Origin: Chrysochromulina tobinii | Taxonomy: Eukaryota | Reading direction: 5' to 3' | DNA length: 64,000 nucleotides | Assembly (NCBI GenBank): GCA_001275005.1 | Contig: JWZX01003278.1 | Coordinates: 1 to 64,000, forward strand | In this document: piece by piece, positions 18,715 to 29,390 of the stretch | How positions within the stretch are numbered: the first letter of the stretch is position 1 | Layout: each line of letters opens with the position of its first letter | Translations under genes and position numbers: made by a program | Notes under the pieces: generated by a model | Database searches by the model: none | What the model was told of the DNA's origin: nothing | What the model saw: the letters and a program-made list of their open reading frames with translations, nothing else

Positions 18715-20763
18715 TCACAACAGCGCGCCGTTTTCGCCAGTTGTAGACGCTTGATCGCTGTAAACTTGATCGTTGTAAACTTGCTGCCCCTGCACGAGTG
18801 CGTTAAACTTGCTCGCAAGGGCAGCGTACTTTGCGAGCTGCGCCTGATGCTTCACCGGGGAGCTCGGAGGTGACATAGTAAATCCATCACTATAGGCTGG
18901 TTCGACCTTGCGAACCTCCCACGTCAAGGTTGGCGAGATGAGAGTTGGCGAGATGAGAGTTGGGACGGAGGCCGCAAGCCCGGAACGTCTCGAGACTGGT
19001 CGGTTGAGCGTTGCACCCCGTGTTGCGCTGAACTCCTCTAAGTCAGCTGCACATGCGTCTGCTGGACGACCAATGCAGATCCACGGGAGATCCTCGTCAA
19101 GTTGGGCCCGTCCACTGAGGTACGCAAAACTCGAACCCGTGGTGCGCAGAAGCCGAGCATGGACCTCGAGGAGCAGTGCGCTGTGCGGGTTGGTCATCGC
19201 TCGTCTCTCGTGTCCTGGTACCCCGCTGTGCATCGGGCGCCCTCCTCGTCTGGACGCTCCAAACGAGGCCGCGCGGCGTACGGAAGGCTGTGATGCTGCT
19301 GGCGACGCCGACCGTGGCGACGCCGACCGTGGCGGCTCTGGCCGAGGCGACGAGGTCCGTGGTATACATATTAGCCCTGGTATGGGGCGTGGCGACGCAG
19401 ACCGTGGCGACAAGGGCCGTGGGGACGACTCAGGCCTTGGCGATGAGGGTATTGGTGCGCTGCCTCTCCCTTCTTGCACATTCCATATCACGTCGTAGAT
19501 GCCAAGTTGGGCCAGGTTCTTGGGCAAAAACGACTTTGCCTTGATTGAGGGTGTCTTTGACGAATTCTTGAGCAAGTCTAGCCGTCGATAGTCGCGAGCT
19601 TCGTGGAGGACCTCACACAGTTGTGCATTGATGTCTGCCACCCCGGCGGCTGCCGATTCCGCGTGCACACGAATGACGCCTGCCACTCGGGTGCCTATGG
19701 CTATGCGTGAACTGCTCTGCTGCACCGCGTTCGCCTGCGAGCCTGCTAGCTGCGCCGGGCTCAGGTCGAACACGCCCCCATCTCCGCCACTGGAGAGTGC
19801 GCCAGAGCGGCCTGCGGCCTGGCTTCGGCAGGCGCACAGGGAGCACTGACACGGATAGGGCGCCTTGCAAGGGAGAGACGGCTGGTGTGTCACCTTGGGT
19901 TGCCAGAAGCTTTTCCAGTCTGCAGCGTCTGAGCGAGTGTAACCGAGGACGGCATGCTCTACAAACCCTGCGTGATGCAGGGCTTCGAGGCGCTCGCGCA
20001 CGTAGCCGAGGGCAGCCCCCCATGCATCTTGCACAGCATCAGCCCCATGCGCCAAGCCACGCTGCTCCGCCATCCATTCGGCGTGCCACTCGCCAGAGAT
20101 GAGCTCCGCCTGCTCATCGAGCAGAAACGTCAGATGCATCTGAGCCCCATCGAGAGCGCCATGGGCCGCAATCTCAGCGAGCTCAGCCTGTTTCAGCTGC
20201 TCTTTCAACGAGAGAACGTTCTCGATGGCCCTTTGCAGGGCTGCCTTGCACTCCTCGATCGTGGCTTCTTGGGCTTGCTGGGCCTCATGATTTTGGAGGA
20301 GCTGTGCCTCAACGTCGTACTCGACTCGTCCGGCGCTCTTGCCAGTCGCTTTCACACAGTGCACCGAGACGTATACATCCCAAGTAGGGAGCCTGGTGTA
20401 TCCTGTGTCCCTGCAAAGCTGGGGTGCTTTGTCGACCTCCAGCACTGCTTCACTCGCTTCGTTCTCCGCTTGAATGGCTGCCGCACGCGTTGCCTCGACG
20501 CGTTTCAACGCTTCCGCTCTCCGCTCCTTTGCTTCCTTTGCAGCATCCATTGCGGCAAGAGCCTCTCTTTCAGTATGTGCTTGGGCTGCGGTCGCCTCCA
20601 CTAGACGTGCTGCTGCGTCATTCGCTTCGTTTCGCAGCTCAGTTGCACGCTGTACAGCTTCGGCAGCATGCTGGCGAGGGGCGCCCTGGGCTGGAAGACT
20701 GCATCTTGTGGAGATGTGGAGTGACTGAGGCTTGAGCCAACCAGGTACAGAAGCTGGCCGCAT
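18715..20763 (-). CDS. Hypothetical protein with an N-terminal coiled coil, a Cys cluster and S-P-R repeats
   Basis: Long ORF (first ATG at 20763; an upstream exon from about 20927 is possible). Ala/Glu heptads, CKAPYPCQCSLCAC, repeated SSPRP/SASPR. No family recognised. Confidence 0.6.
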   Translation of the reverse strand: MRPASVPGWLKPQSLHISTRCSLPAQGAPRQHAAEAVQRATELRNEANDAAARLVEATAAQAHTEREALAAMDAAKEAKERRAEALKRVEATRAAAIQAENEASEAVLEVDKAPQLCRDTGYTRLPTWDVYVSVHCVKATGKSAGRVEYDVEAQLLQNHEAQQAQEATIEECKAALQRAIENVLSLKEQLKQAELAEIAAHGALDGAQMHLTFLLDEQAELISGEWHAEWMAEQRGLAHGADAVQDAWGAALGYVRERLEALHHAGFVEHAVLGYTRSDAADWKSFWQPKVTHQPSLPCKAPYPCQCSLCACRSQAAGRSGALSSGGDGGVFDLSPAQLAGSQANAVQQSSSRIAIGTRVAGVIRVHAESAAAGVADINAQLCEVLHEARDYRRLDLLKNSSKTPSIKAKSFLPKNLAQLGIYDVIWNVQEGRGSAPIPSSPRPESSPRPLSPRSASPRPIPGLICIPRTSSPRPEPPRSASPRSASPAASQPSVRRAASFGASRRGGRPMHSGVPGHERRAMTNPHSALLLEVHARLLRTTGSSFAYLSGRAQLDEDLPWICIGRPADACAADLEEFSATRGATLNRPVSRRSGLAASVPTLISPTLISPTLTWEVRKVEPAYSDGFTMSPPSSPVKHQAQLAKYAALASKFNALVQGQQVYNDQVYSDQASTTGENGALL

Positions 20764-21360
20764 AAAGCCCCTTGCCGCAAAGCGCAAACGAAACTTTTGG
20801 CAACTAAACTTCTGTCAACATGCATCTGAAACGGTCTTCTCTTTGACTCGACTACTTGATTTCTCCGGATGTCGAGCTGCAGCTGCACGTTCGCTAGAGT
20901 GAGGTGAGCTGTTCGTCCTGAGTCCATACCGAGAAGTCCAGCGACGGCGACTCACGCGCGTTGGTGCACAGCGGCCGCGCGGCGGCGGCGCGGCGGCTCG
21001 TGTTCCGCGTGACGACAACTAGCATCCGCCTCATCCCCACCATTTTAGACCTCCTACGGCTACGCGGAGATTCGGGCTATTCTCGGACTACATTCAGGAA
21101 CTATGTAGCTACTGCTACTCCCCGCGTATCTAATCCGGACCTTGCCATTTCATGCATCAAATACATGGTCTTCCATAGCGTCTTCAGCACAGGAGCACGC
21201 TCGACAGGACGCGCAACCCATTATTTTTGGACATTTCTGCTCCAAGCCGGCTAATCAGAGAAAGGGGGTATAATTATACATACTGGTCGGAATGATCGAC
21301 TGTTTACTGTAATATATGTTTTGCGCCACAGTCTAAAACCACTGCCTCAGTGTCAGTATC

Positions 21361-24300
21361 TCAGTAAGCGGTGGCAAACCATGCCATGTCGCCTCTGTAC
21401 TCCGTCGTCCCCACAACCTCAGTCACCACTGCGTCACTTGTGCGATGACCTTGAGCCGCAAGCTGCTCACGCACGTGCGTGCTCGCACTAGAAATTAAGG
21501 GAGATGGCACCAGACCCTCTATGAGTTGCCCCCAGTGCATCCGCCCGAGCCATGCGTGCGCCTTGAGTTCGTCGAATCCAGCGCTTGTGACGGCACTTGC
21601 TCCTAGCCGAGCAAGTGGGTCGGGAACAATGAGGCGATCAACGAGGTCGACGAATGACGGCACGAAACCATCAGGCGGTAAGAAGCCACGCTCGCGCTCC
21701 GCTTGAAGACGCGCGCTCAACGCACCGCTCACATGGTCGGTGATTCGTTTGTAGACGTTCATCTCGTTCGGATCGTTGCCCCACGGACCTTCACCAGCAG
21801 TGATCGTCCAGAGCAGTACGCCGAGACTCCAAAAATCGACAGACAGGCCGTGGCCAGAGCATGTCACCTGCTCTGGCGCGAGATAGTCCGCGACGCCACA
21901 CAGCGTGAATGTCTTGTTACCCGAGAGAATTTTGGCCTGTCTTAAGTCCATCAGGCACACAACGCCGTTCTCGTCGATTGCAAGAGCGTCGGGGCTCAGG
22001 TTGCGGTAGACGACCCCCATTTTGCAATGCAGCCGTTCAAGGGCAGCAATGACGCACGCACCAACATATCGCGCGCTCTCTGTCGGCACCTTGCCCCCCA
22101 TCACCTCGATGATGTGTGAGAGTTCGCATGCGACGCGCGTCTTGAAGAGAGCGAAGAGTGCGAGCGGAGAAGCGAAAGTGCAAAGCATGGCAGGCAGCAT
22201 AGGCGTGTGGCCGTGCAAGCCTGCTGCGCGCATCACCTCGAGCTCTCGGCTGACGCGATCTGTCTGCTCAAGCTCCGCAATCTTGGACTTCGACTCAGCT
22301 CGTACAGTGTAAATCTCGTTCGAACCAATGTGGAGAGCAGCGAGCAGCCCACCTGTGTCGAGCCGCATCAGGGCAGCCTGCAACTTGAAAGAAGATAAAG
22401 AGGCCCCGGAGAGGCCTGCTGCCTCAAGCTGCATCAGTTGGGCCGCCGCTTCCCACTCTCTACGCTGTCTATCGGCATCGATGATTTGCTGAAGTGGGCC
22501 GAGTAGCCTTTCGAACGTAGCACGCTCGATCTTCATGCACTTTAGAGGAGTGAGCGATTGTACGGAGGCAGCACGTGGCGCATTGTCGAGCAGCGCCCGC
22601 TCGCCGAAGTACATCTCTGCCTCAAGCTGCATCATCTCCTCCTCACCCTCTTCATGGTCTTGCCCGTCGACCAGTTGCGTTCGTGAATGCACAGCAGCCT
22701 TAGCCTTCGTGACGACAGCAGTGCCGCAGAGGATGACGTACATCGAGTCCCCGTCGTCGCCTTCGTGGAAGACGAACTCTCCACCGCCAAACGACTGCTC
22801 AACCATGTGATTCATCAGGGTCTGCAGCGAGTTGAAGGGGAGTGACGAAAGGATGTCCATCTTTCGGAGCAGCTTCATCAAGTCAATGTTTGATGAGAAC
22901 ATCTGCACTGAACGGAATCCCTTGCGGTCGAGCCCCCACAGCATGCCCGGCCCAGAAGCACGGATCGTCGCTGCGCGGGGCTTGGCATAGAGCAGAGCCA
23001 GCTCACCAAAGCATGGATAAATGCCATCCCCTGCCTGGTAGGTGTGTACCTTCTCGTCATTGACGATCACATCGAACGCCCCACTCTCCGCCACGTAGAA
23101 GTAGTCTCCTTTATCACCCTGCTTGATGATATCTTGCCCAGGCATCGCAGGTACTGGAACCATGCGCTGCACAAGCTCACGGTGCATGTCCGCAGACAGA
23201 TGACGGAAGAGGAAGTGGGACTGAACCGCGGACCAGATGACATTGTGCACACGCTCTGGCTTCTGAAGGAGCGCGTGCCGTCTGTCTTGTCCAGAATTTC
23301 TATCATTCGTTTTGCTCGAGCTCGTCTTGATGACGGTGCGCCTGCTGCTGCTCCCACGCGATTCGGGTCCTCGTCGGACGCTATCAGAGCCGGTTGTGCG
23401 AGAGAAGCTGCTTGCCTCGCTTTCGGTGCCATCGCGGTCTCGAGCTTTTGGCGCCTCTGAACGGCCGAGGGAAACAGCGTCGACGAGGCAGCTCAAGCTT
23501 TTGAATGATATAAGATTGTGGAAGCGCGCGATGCGTGCAAAGCCCTCAAGGGAGATTGTGTCCGTCTCCTCGCCAGTTGCCACCTCTGTTTCTCGTATGG
23601 CGTCATCAAACATATCTAGAATGCGGTCCTCTTCTAGGCTCTGGTTGCTGATAGTAGTGCAGAAGCTTTCGAAGTCGGTGAATGACATGCGTCCATTGGC
23701 ATCAGCGAGACCCTTAAACGTCTTGCGCAAATGCTCATCCACACGCGGTGCTTGAATCTTCTCCTGCTCATCCCAAACAGCCATCATGACCTCGAGCAAG
23801 TCGTCGAAATGCACCACGCCACACGAGACCTGCTCAGACGTACTTGGCCTGTCCTCGGCAAGCCTCTCAACCCGACACATGGCATCCGCGCTCACTGTGC
23901 GGTCAAGAACAGCCACCTCGATCATGGACTGGGCTGCGGCGAGAGAAATGGTGACTTGCTCACGGCAAAGAACTTCCTTGATACCAGAGATGGGCGCAGT
24001 AGACCACAGTATGGTATTCTGGTTGTTCGACCGATTCGAGCGAACCGGCTGAATTGAGCCTCTTCTGCCACGGTCAGCAGCTGACAGTGCTGCAAGCGAC
24101 TTGATGGTCGGCGGTGAATCAACAGGAGGCTTCTCACCGTCTTTGGCGCTGAGGGCGAGCCGAACGAGGACGAAGAGGAAAAAGTCGGTCTTTCGATCAC
24201 ACCAAGGTGGCATTAGCAATCCGTACTCGTTCTTGAGTAAGCCGTTCATCTCGCCAAACATGCGGATGCGGACGATCGATTGCTCGCCGCCCAGACTGTA

Positions 24301-26929
24301 CGCTCTCACGGTAGCAATGAGCTCCCTCATGGCCTTCTCGGCCACGGACTTCATACCGTACTGGCGCAGGAGATAGTTTCGCGTGAACTTGGTCATCGGA
24401 CACCGCATCCGAGTCTTGAGGTCAGCTAGCTGGTCGTCCTTGACCTTCTTTTGATAAATGTCAGCAATCGTTCGAATGGTTTGATCCAAAGGGATGACCT
24501 GAACCTTCTCCCGCACGCGCGTTGCACCAGCAATCAGGCCAGGGGCACCACCCGGAAGGGGGAAGAGCACACTGCCGCGACGCTGCTGAAGAAGGTTGCC
24601 ACTGATGTTATTGAATGCGCCACCGACGCCCCCACGTCGATGCGCAAGATGGTTACCACTGGTGGGCGAGCCAAATGGAGAGCCAGAAGTGCTGCTTACA
24701 GGGGACGAGGCAGAGGGCGCGAGATTTAGGATGCTGATCAGATGTTCAACTTCTCGCTTCGAGAATGGAGCAGGCGACACAGCTCCCTGCTGCTTGAGCT
24801 CGTTGATGGCGGAGAGCATGCGAAGGCGCTCATTCATCCCAAGATTCGCATATGCGAAGGCGAATACGTCGGGTCCAAGCGACTCGACGAGCAGCTGTGA
24901 GAACGAAGCGTGGTTGGTCGATGTTTTGCTTTGTGCAGTCAGGAGCTGCGTGAGCCATGCCTTGCACACATCTTCTGGTGCAGCTCCGAGTAGTTTTGAT
25001 CCCCAGGTTTGGAGCAGTGCTGGAGGCAGAATGGAAGCGAGCTGCGAGCCGTCAGCGACCAGTGGCAACTCCTTGAGGATGTTTGCAAGCATCTCCTGAG
25101 GCATTGCCGAGAGCAAGCTTACATTTTGGGCGCGCGTTGAGAGTGACCGCGCTAGCTCGTTGGGACTTATGCGCTCAAGAAGCGAGCTCAGAATTGCGAC
25201 GCGCTCATCTGACGAAGTCTCCTTGAGCGCAGATTGCAACAGCTTTGCGCGATCATCGGCGTTGAGTGCTTCTATGACCTCCTTCAGCACTGCAATGATG
25301 TCAGAGGTTCCGGTAGCAAGGGTTTCGAAGGCATCGCCAATGGCGCTCGCCTTCTGCTCTGAGCTGAGGCCGCTCAAAATAGCTGTCAGAGCTGCACCAC
25401 GAGAGGTGTCGGACATGGCAGGAACGAGTTTAGAAACCAGTCTTCTGGTTTGCTTCGCCCCCTCAATGCCACGCATGCCCCCCTTTTCCATGATCGTAAG
25501 CTGAAGAATATCTGCAACTGCATCCGCTGCTTCCTCAAGTCCACCCTCGATTGTCTGTGGCCACGTGTGTGTGTCGTTCCACAAACCTCTGGGTGAGTAG
25601 CAGAAGGGGCAACAAGGATTGGCGAAAGCCACAGAGGGCCGCGGAGATCGAGAGCCAGCGGCGCACGGTGAAAAGCTCGACCATCATTTCCCCGCGAAGG
25701 CTTGGAGCGACAGACTCGTGCAGCCGCTGCATTAGCATAAACTGTATCTCGGTGCTACCCATGGTGGCTGATCCTAGAATATCGAGCAGCAGATCGCGGG
25801 GCAAAGGCGTCATCTGTGGCAAAATTTCGCTTAACATGTCGTGCCGATCATGCATGGGGAAGTCGCGTGTTGCCTCCGCAAAGAGTTTGCCCAGTCCACG
25901 CGAACCCGTCTTCTTAGCCATCATTTGCATGAGCTCAAGGCGCTGCGACCATCGCATGCATCGAACCAAGCTGATCAGGCTGACGACTCTTGAGGAGAGA
26001 GGAATGTCCTGTGCGGTACAAGCAGTGTGTACAATACCTGAGAGCTCTTGGCGATGTTCGAGTCCAACTCTGCCATCGTGAGTGGATCTCCCTTCCGAGC
26101 CATCTCTTGCAGCTTTCGTATACGCTCCCGCGACCTTTCTAGCATCTCATTGAGCCGATTGAGTTCAAGTTCGTACCATCGGCGCACGCGATCCAGAAGC
26201 TCACCGCGCTCAGCACAGTGCACGAACACCTGCGGGGGAAAAGGGCAAGAGAAGGTGAACGAAAGAGATGGTAGTGACTGCGATGGACGTGCGGCCCACC
26301 TGCCGCACAATCTCGCAGAATGTGATCTGCCAAGACCGCTGCGTGGCGTGCAAGTCAGACTCTGAGTTTTGAAGCTTGCGTTCGAGGTTTTCGGCAAGCT
26401 GGATTGCCTCAGAGCGGTTCGACGGTCGAGCAAAGGCTCGCTGCTCACGAGAGCCGACGTCAACGTCGTCACTCACCCACGATCCACGTGCATCGTGATG
26501 ATCCGATATCTTCTTTGGCGATGGTGGCATGCTGGGCAATGTGAGGAAGTGCAGCTGCCCGCTGTCCCAGTTGATGGCCGCTTCCGTATGAGGTGACCGA
26601 TGCGCAGGTTGGCGTGGGTCATGCTTTTGCTGTGAGCCTGCCACGTCGTGCACGACCTCCGTTGGGTTTGCACACGCCCGAACGACCAGTTGTTCAGGTT
26701 CCTTGTACAGCCCCATTCGTCTCCGCGGCCCACCTCTTGGCTCATTGTTGAGCCGTGGTAGGATACCTCTTCCTTCGGCGACGTAGCGTGCAGATACAGC
26801 ACGTTCGTGGGGCAGTGTTCGGCTGCATCGCAGTAGCCGTCCGTTGACAAACTTCCATTCGTAGCTTTTCAAGGTCGTCTGCTCAGCGGATCGCTCAGCG
26901 GATCGCTCAGCAGATCGCTCGTCAGCCAT
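21361..26929 (-). CDS. Multidomain protein (about 1785 aa, 4 exons): axonemal dynein light-chain-like domain, EF-hand-like region, two cNMP-binding domains, degenerate AGC-type kinase
   Basis: Predicted exons 26929-26300, 26229-26038, 26008-25667 and 25554-21361, with phase-0 GT-AG introns. Splicing rebuilds FCEIVRQV-FVHCAERGELLDRVR. cNMP motifs FGELALLYAKPRAAT and FGERALLDNAPRAAS. Kinase TFTLCGVADYLAPE, DFWSLGVL. Confidence 0.8.
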
Positions 26930-27164
26930 GTCCCACCAATCCGGGAGGCTCGCTCGCAGACCTTCGCCTTGCCCTGACCACTCCGAAAACTTGCAACTTT
27001 CGCGACGAAGATGGCAAGAACCTAAATAGGGACCCCTTCCTTTTCGCTTTGCGTGCGTGTGCGCGGGGACGCCCTGCTCTCAGACCTCGTATGCGTCATG
27101 CAGTACATTGAGGAAACGGAGTTGAAACGGAGCCCTTCACACGATCGCCCCGGTACCACAATCT

Positions 27165-29177
27165 CTATGAGATCACGCACACGGTCGACGGATCCCCAAT
27201 ACCGTCAGGGAACATGCCTGCGGCACATTCCTGCTTGTCCCCTGACATGGCGTAATACTGTGCACGCATCTCCGCAACTCGGTCGTCGAGCGTCTTGTCA
27301 TCAGCAGAGACGTTGTTCCCCGCTGCACCACGCTCAATGGTCCAGTCGAAGGGCACGCGTTGCCGTCGCGTGATGGCAGGCGTGATCACACGGCGCTGGT
27401 CGGCGCTCTTGGCGTCGCCCTCGGACACTATGGTGCTCGTCGACGGCCGTGCACGAACGGCATCGCCGAGATTGCTCCCGAATGCGTTGCCACGCAGCTC
27501 GAGTCGCGCGTGGGCGTCGGCGAAGACCCCGGCCCCTGCGTTGGCGGAGATGGCATTCCCGTCGAGCCGAGCCTCGCCGCCGACGTGGACGACGACTCCG
27601 GCGCCGCGGTCGTCGCCGATGAGCGGCCTCGGTGCCCCTCGCCTTCCGCCAACCCCACTCTTGTGCACAACGCAGCTGTGGCCGTTGCTACGGATGGAGC
27701 CATCGGCAAACTCGACCGAAGCGCCCGACATGACACGCACGCCTGCTTTGTGGTTACCGTGCACCTTGTTGCGTTGCATCAGCGGGTGCGCACCGGCGCC
27801 GTCCACCTCGATGCCCACGGCATTGCCCGAGACCAGATTCTCCACCCAATGCCCGCAACCGCCCGCGCGTACGAGGATGCCCACGCCGGCCTTGTGACCA
27901 CTCACGGTATTTGCCTCGATGAGGAGTCCGGAGGTGCCGCTCGAGCACTCGATGCCAGATCGCAGGTTGGCCTCGATCTTGTTGCCGCGTAGCGTGCCGC
28001 TCACGCCCGGCATGAGCAGTACGCCCGCCTGCCCGCACCGTCGGATCGAGCATCCCGACACAGTTGGGTTGGCGCCATCGCCCACCTCAATGCCAGCGAG
28101 GGCGTGTCCAGACACCTCGCCGCCGGAGAGCTGTGGTGCGGCCCCATCCCGGATGAGGACGCCCACGGCGCGGCCCGAGCCCTCGAGGAACCTGTTGCCC
28201 TGCAGCCGTGGCTCGGTGCCACGCCCGCTCAGCTCGGCAGCGCTCGACCACGCGCCGCGCACCACATTGTCGACGAACTCGCCGCACGCGCCGCCACGCA
28301 CGAGCAACCCCACACCACCCGAATCGAGCACCTGATTCCGATGCACCGTGGGTGTCGAGCTCGAGGTCACCTCGAGGCCAACGCCCGCGCTGCGGAGGAT
28401 GACATTGGCCGTGAGCGTGCCAGCCGCGCGATAGCTCAGCAGCACGCCGCTGCCACGGCTGTCACAGATTATGTTCTCGCTGAGTGTGCATCCGACGGCA
28501 GTGCCGCACAGCACAATGCTCCCGCCTATGATGGTGTTGCCTACGAGTAGCGGCGCGGCCTCCTCGGCGATCGAGATCCCGCCATTTCGCAACCGGCAGC
28601 GCTCGATCCGTGCCGTCGAGCCACGGCCAACACTAATGGCCACGCTGCCGCCGCTGCCGCCGCTGCCAGCCGCGCCCGCCCTTGACGGCGCACGCAGTAG
28701 ACTTCCTGCGCACGCCGAAGATGCCCGCGACGACAGCCGGGTGCTTCCAACTGTCGGGGACACCGCTTGAGGCGCGGCCGTGACGTCGCAGTCGCGCATC
28801 ACGGCTGTCGAGCTGCTGGGCATGTTGACGATGGCAGTGCTGGGAGCGGCGCCGCGAGACGGGCGTATGGTGATCGAACGTACCTCCCCAGCGCTCAGAA
28901 GGAGCGCACCGAGAAGAATTACCGGCGGGGATTGATTCCCTGATATCGCGTCTGCTGTCAGCATCTCCCCCTCGAGCGTGAAGCTGCTTCGTGCAATGTG
29001 CAGCACACCGCCAAGATTGTACGGCGACCCCGAAGAAGCGAGGCGCACGCACAGCACCGCCTCGTCCGCGAGGGCGGCGTGCAGGTCGCTCAAACAATCG
29101 ACGGTTCTAACTGGGTGTATTGGAGACGGCATCCGATCACCAAGAGCCGAGGAAGCATGCAGAACAGCTTCCACCAT
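27165..29177 (-). CDS. Right-handed parallel beta-helix (PbH1/CASH, FBXO10/11-like repeats) protein ending in a CaaX motif
   Basis: Many repeats of the type N.I....G.G+.V...A.P.+..N; C-terminus CVIS*. Start at ATG 29177 or 29132; no F-box recognised. Confidence 0.75.
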   Translation of the reverse strand: MVEAVLHASSALGDRMPSPIHPVRTVDCLSDLHAALADEAVLCVRLASSGSPYNLGGVLHIARSSFTLEGEMLTADAISGNQSPPVILLGALLLSAGEVRSITIRPSRGAAPSTAIVNMPSSSTAVMRDCDVTAAPQAVSPTVGSTRLSSRASSACAGSLLRAPSRAGAAGSGGSGGSVAISVGRGSTARIERCRLRNGGISIAEEAAPLLVGNTIIGGSIVLCGTAVGCTLSENIICDSRGSGVLLSYRAAGTLTANVILRSAGVGLEVTSSSTPTVHRNQVLDSGGVGLLVRGGACGEFVDNVVRGAWSSAAELSGRGTEPRLQGNRFLEGSGRAVGVLIRDGAAPQLSGGEVSGHALAGIEVGDGANPTVSGCSIRRCGQAGVLLMPGVSGTLRGNKIEANLRSGIECSSGTSGLLIEANTVSGHKAGVGILVRAGGCGHWVENLVSGNAVGIEVDGAGAHPLMQRNKVHGNHKAGVRVMSGASVEFADGSIRSNGHSCVVHKSGVGGRRGAPRPLIGDDRGAGVVVHVGGEARLDGNAISANAGAGVFADAHARLELRGNAFGSNLGDAVRARPSTSTIVSEGDAKSADQRRVITPAITRRQRVPFDWTIERGAAGNNVSADDKTLDDRVAEMRAQYYAMSGDKQECAAGMFPDGIGDPSTVCVIS

Positions 29178-29390
29178 AGAACAGTTCGAAAACCAGGGAG
29201 CTCCTGTGAAAACGGCAGTGAGGAGCCGTTTCACACAGTGAGGAGCCGGACTGTGTGAAACGGCTGTGAGCCGGGCTTGCGGAACGAACCGATGAGGCAC
29301 CAACGAATGCGCGCCTGATGACTGTCGTACTCAAATCAACCGTCGTCCATTTCGCGCATGAAGGGTTTTTGAGTTCCCTCACGCCGCAGC

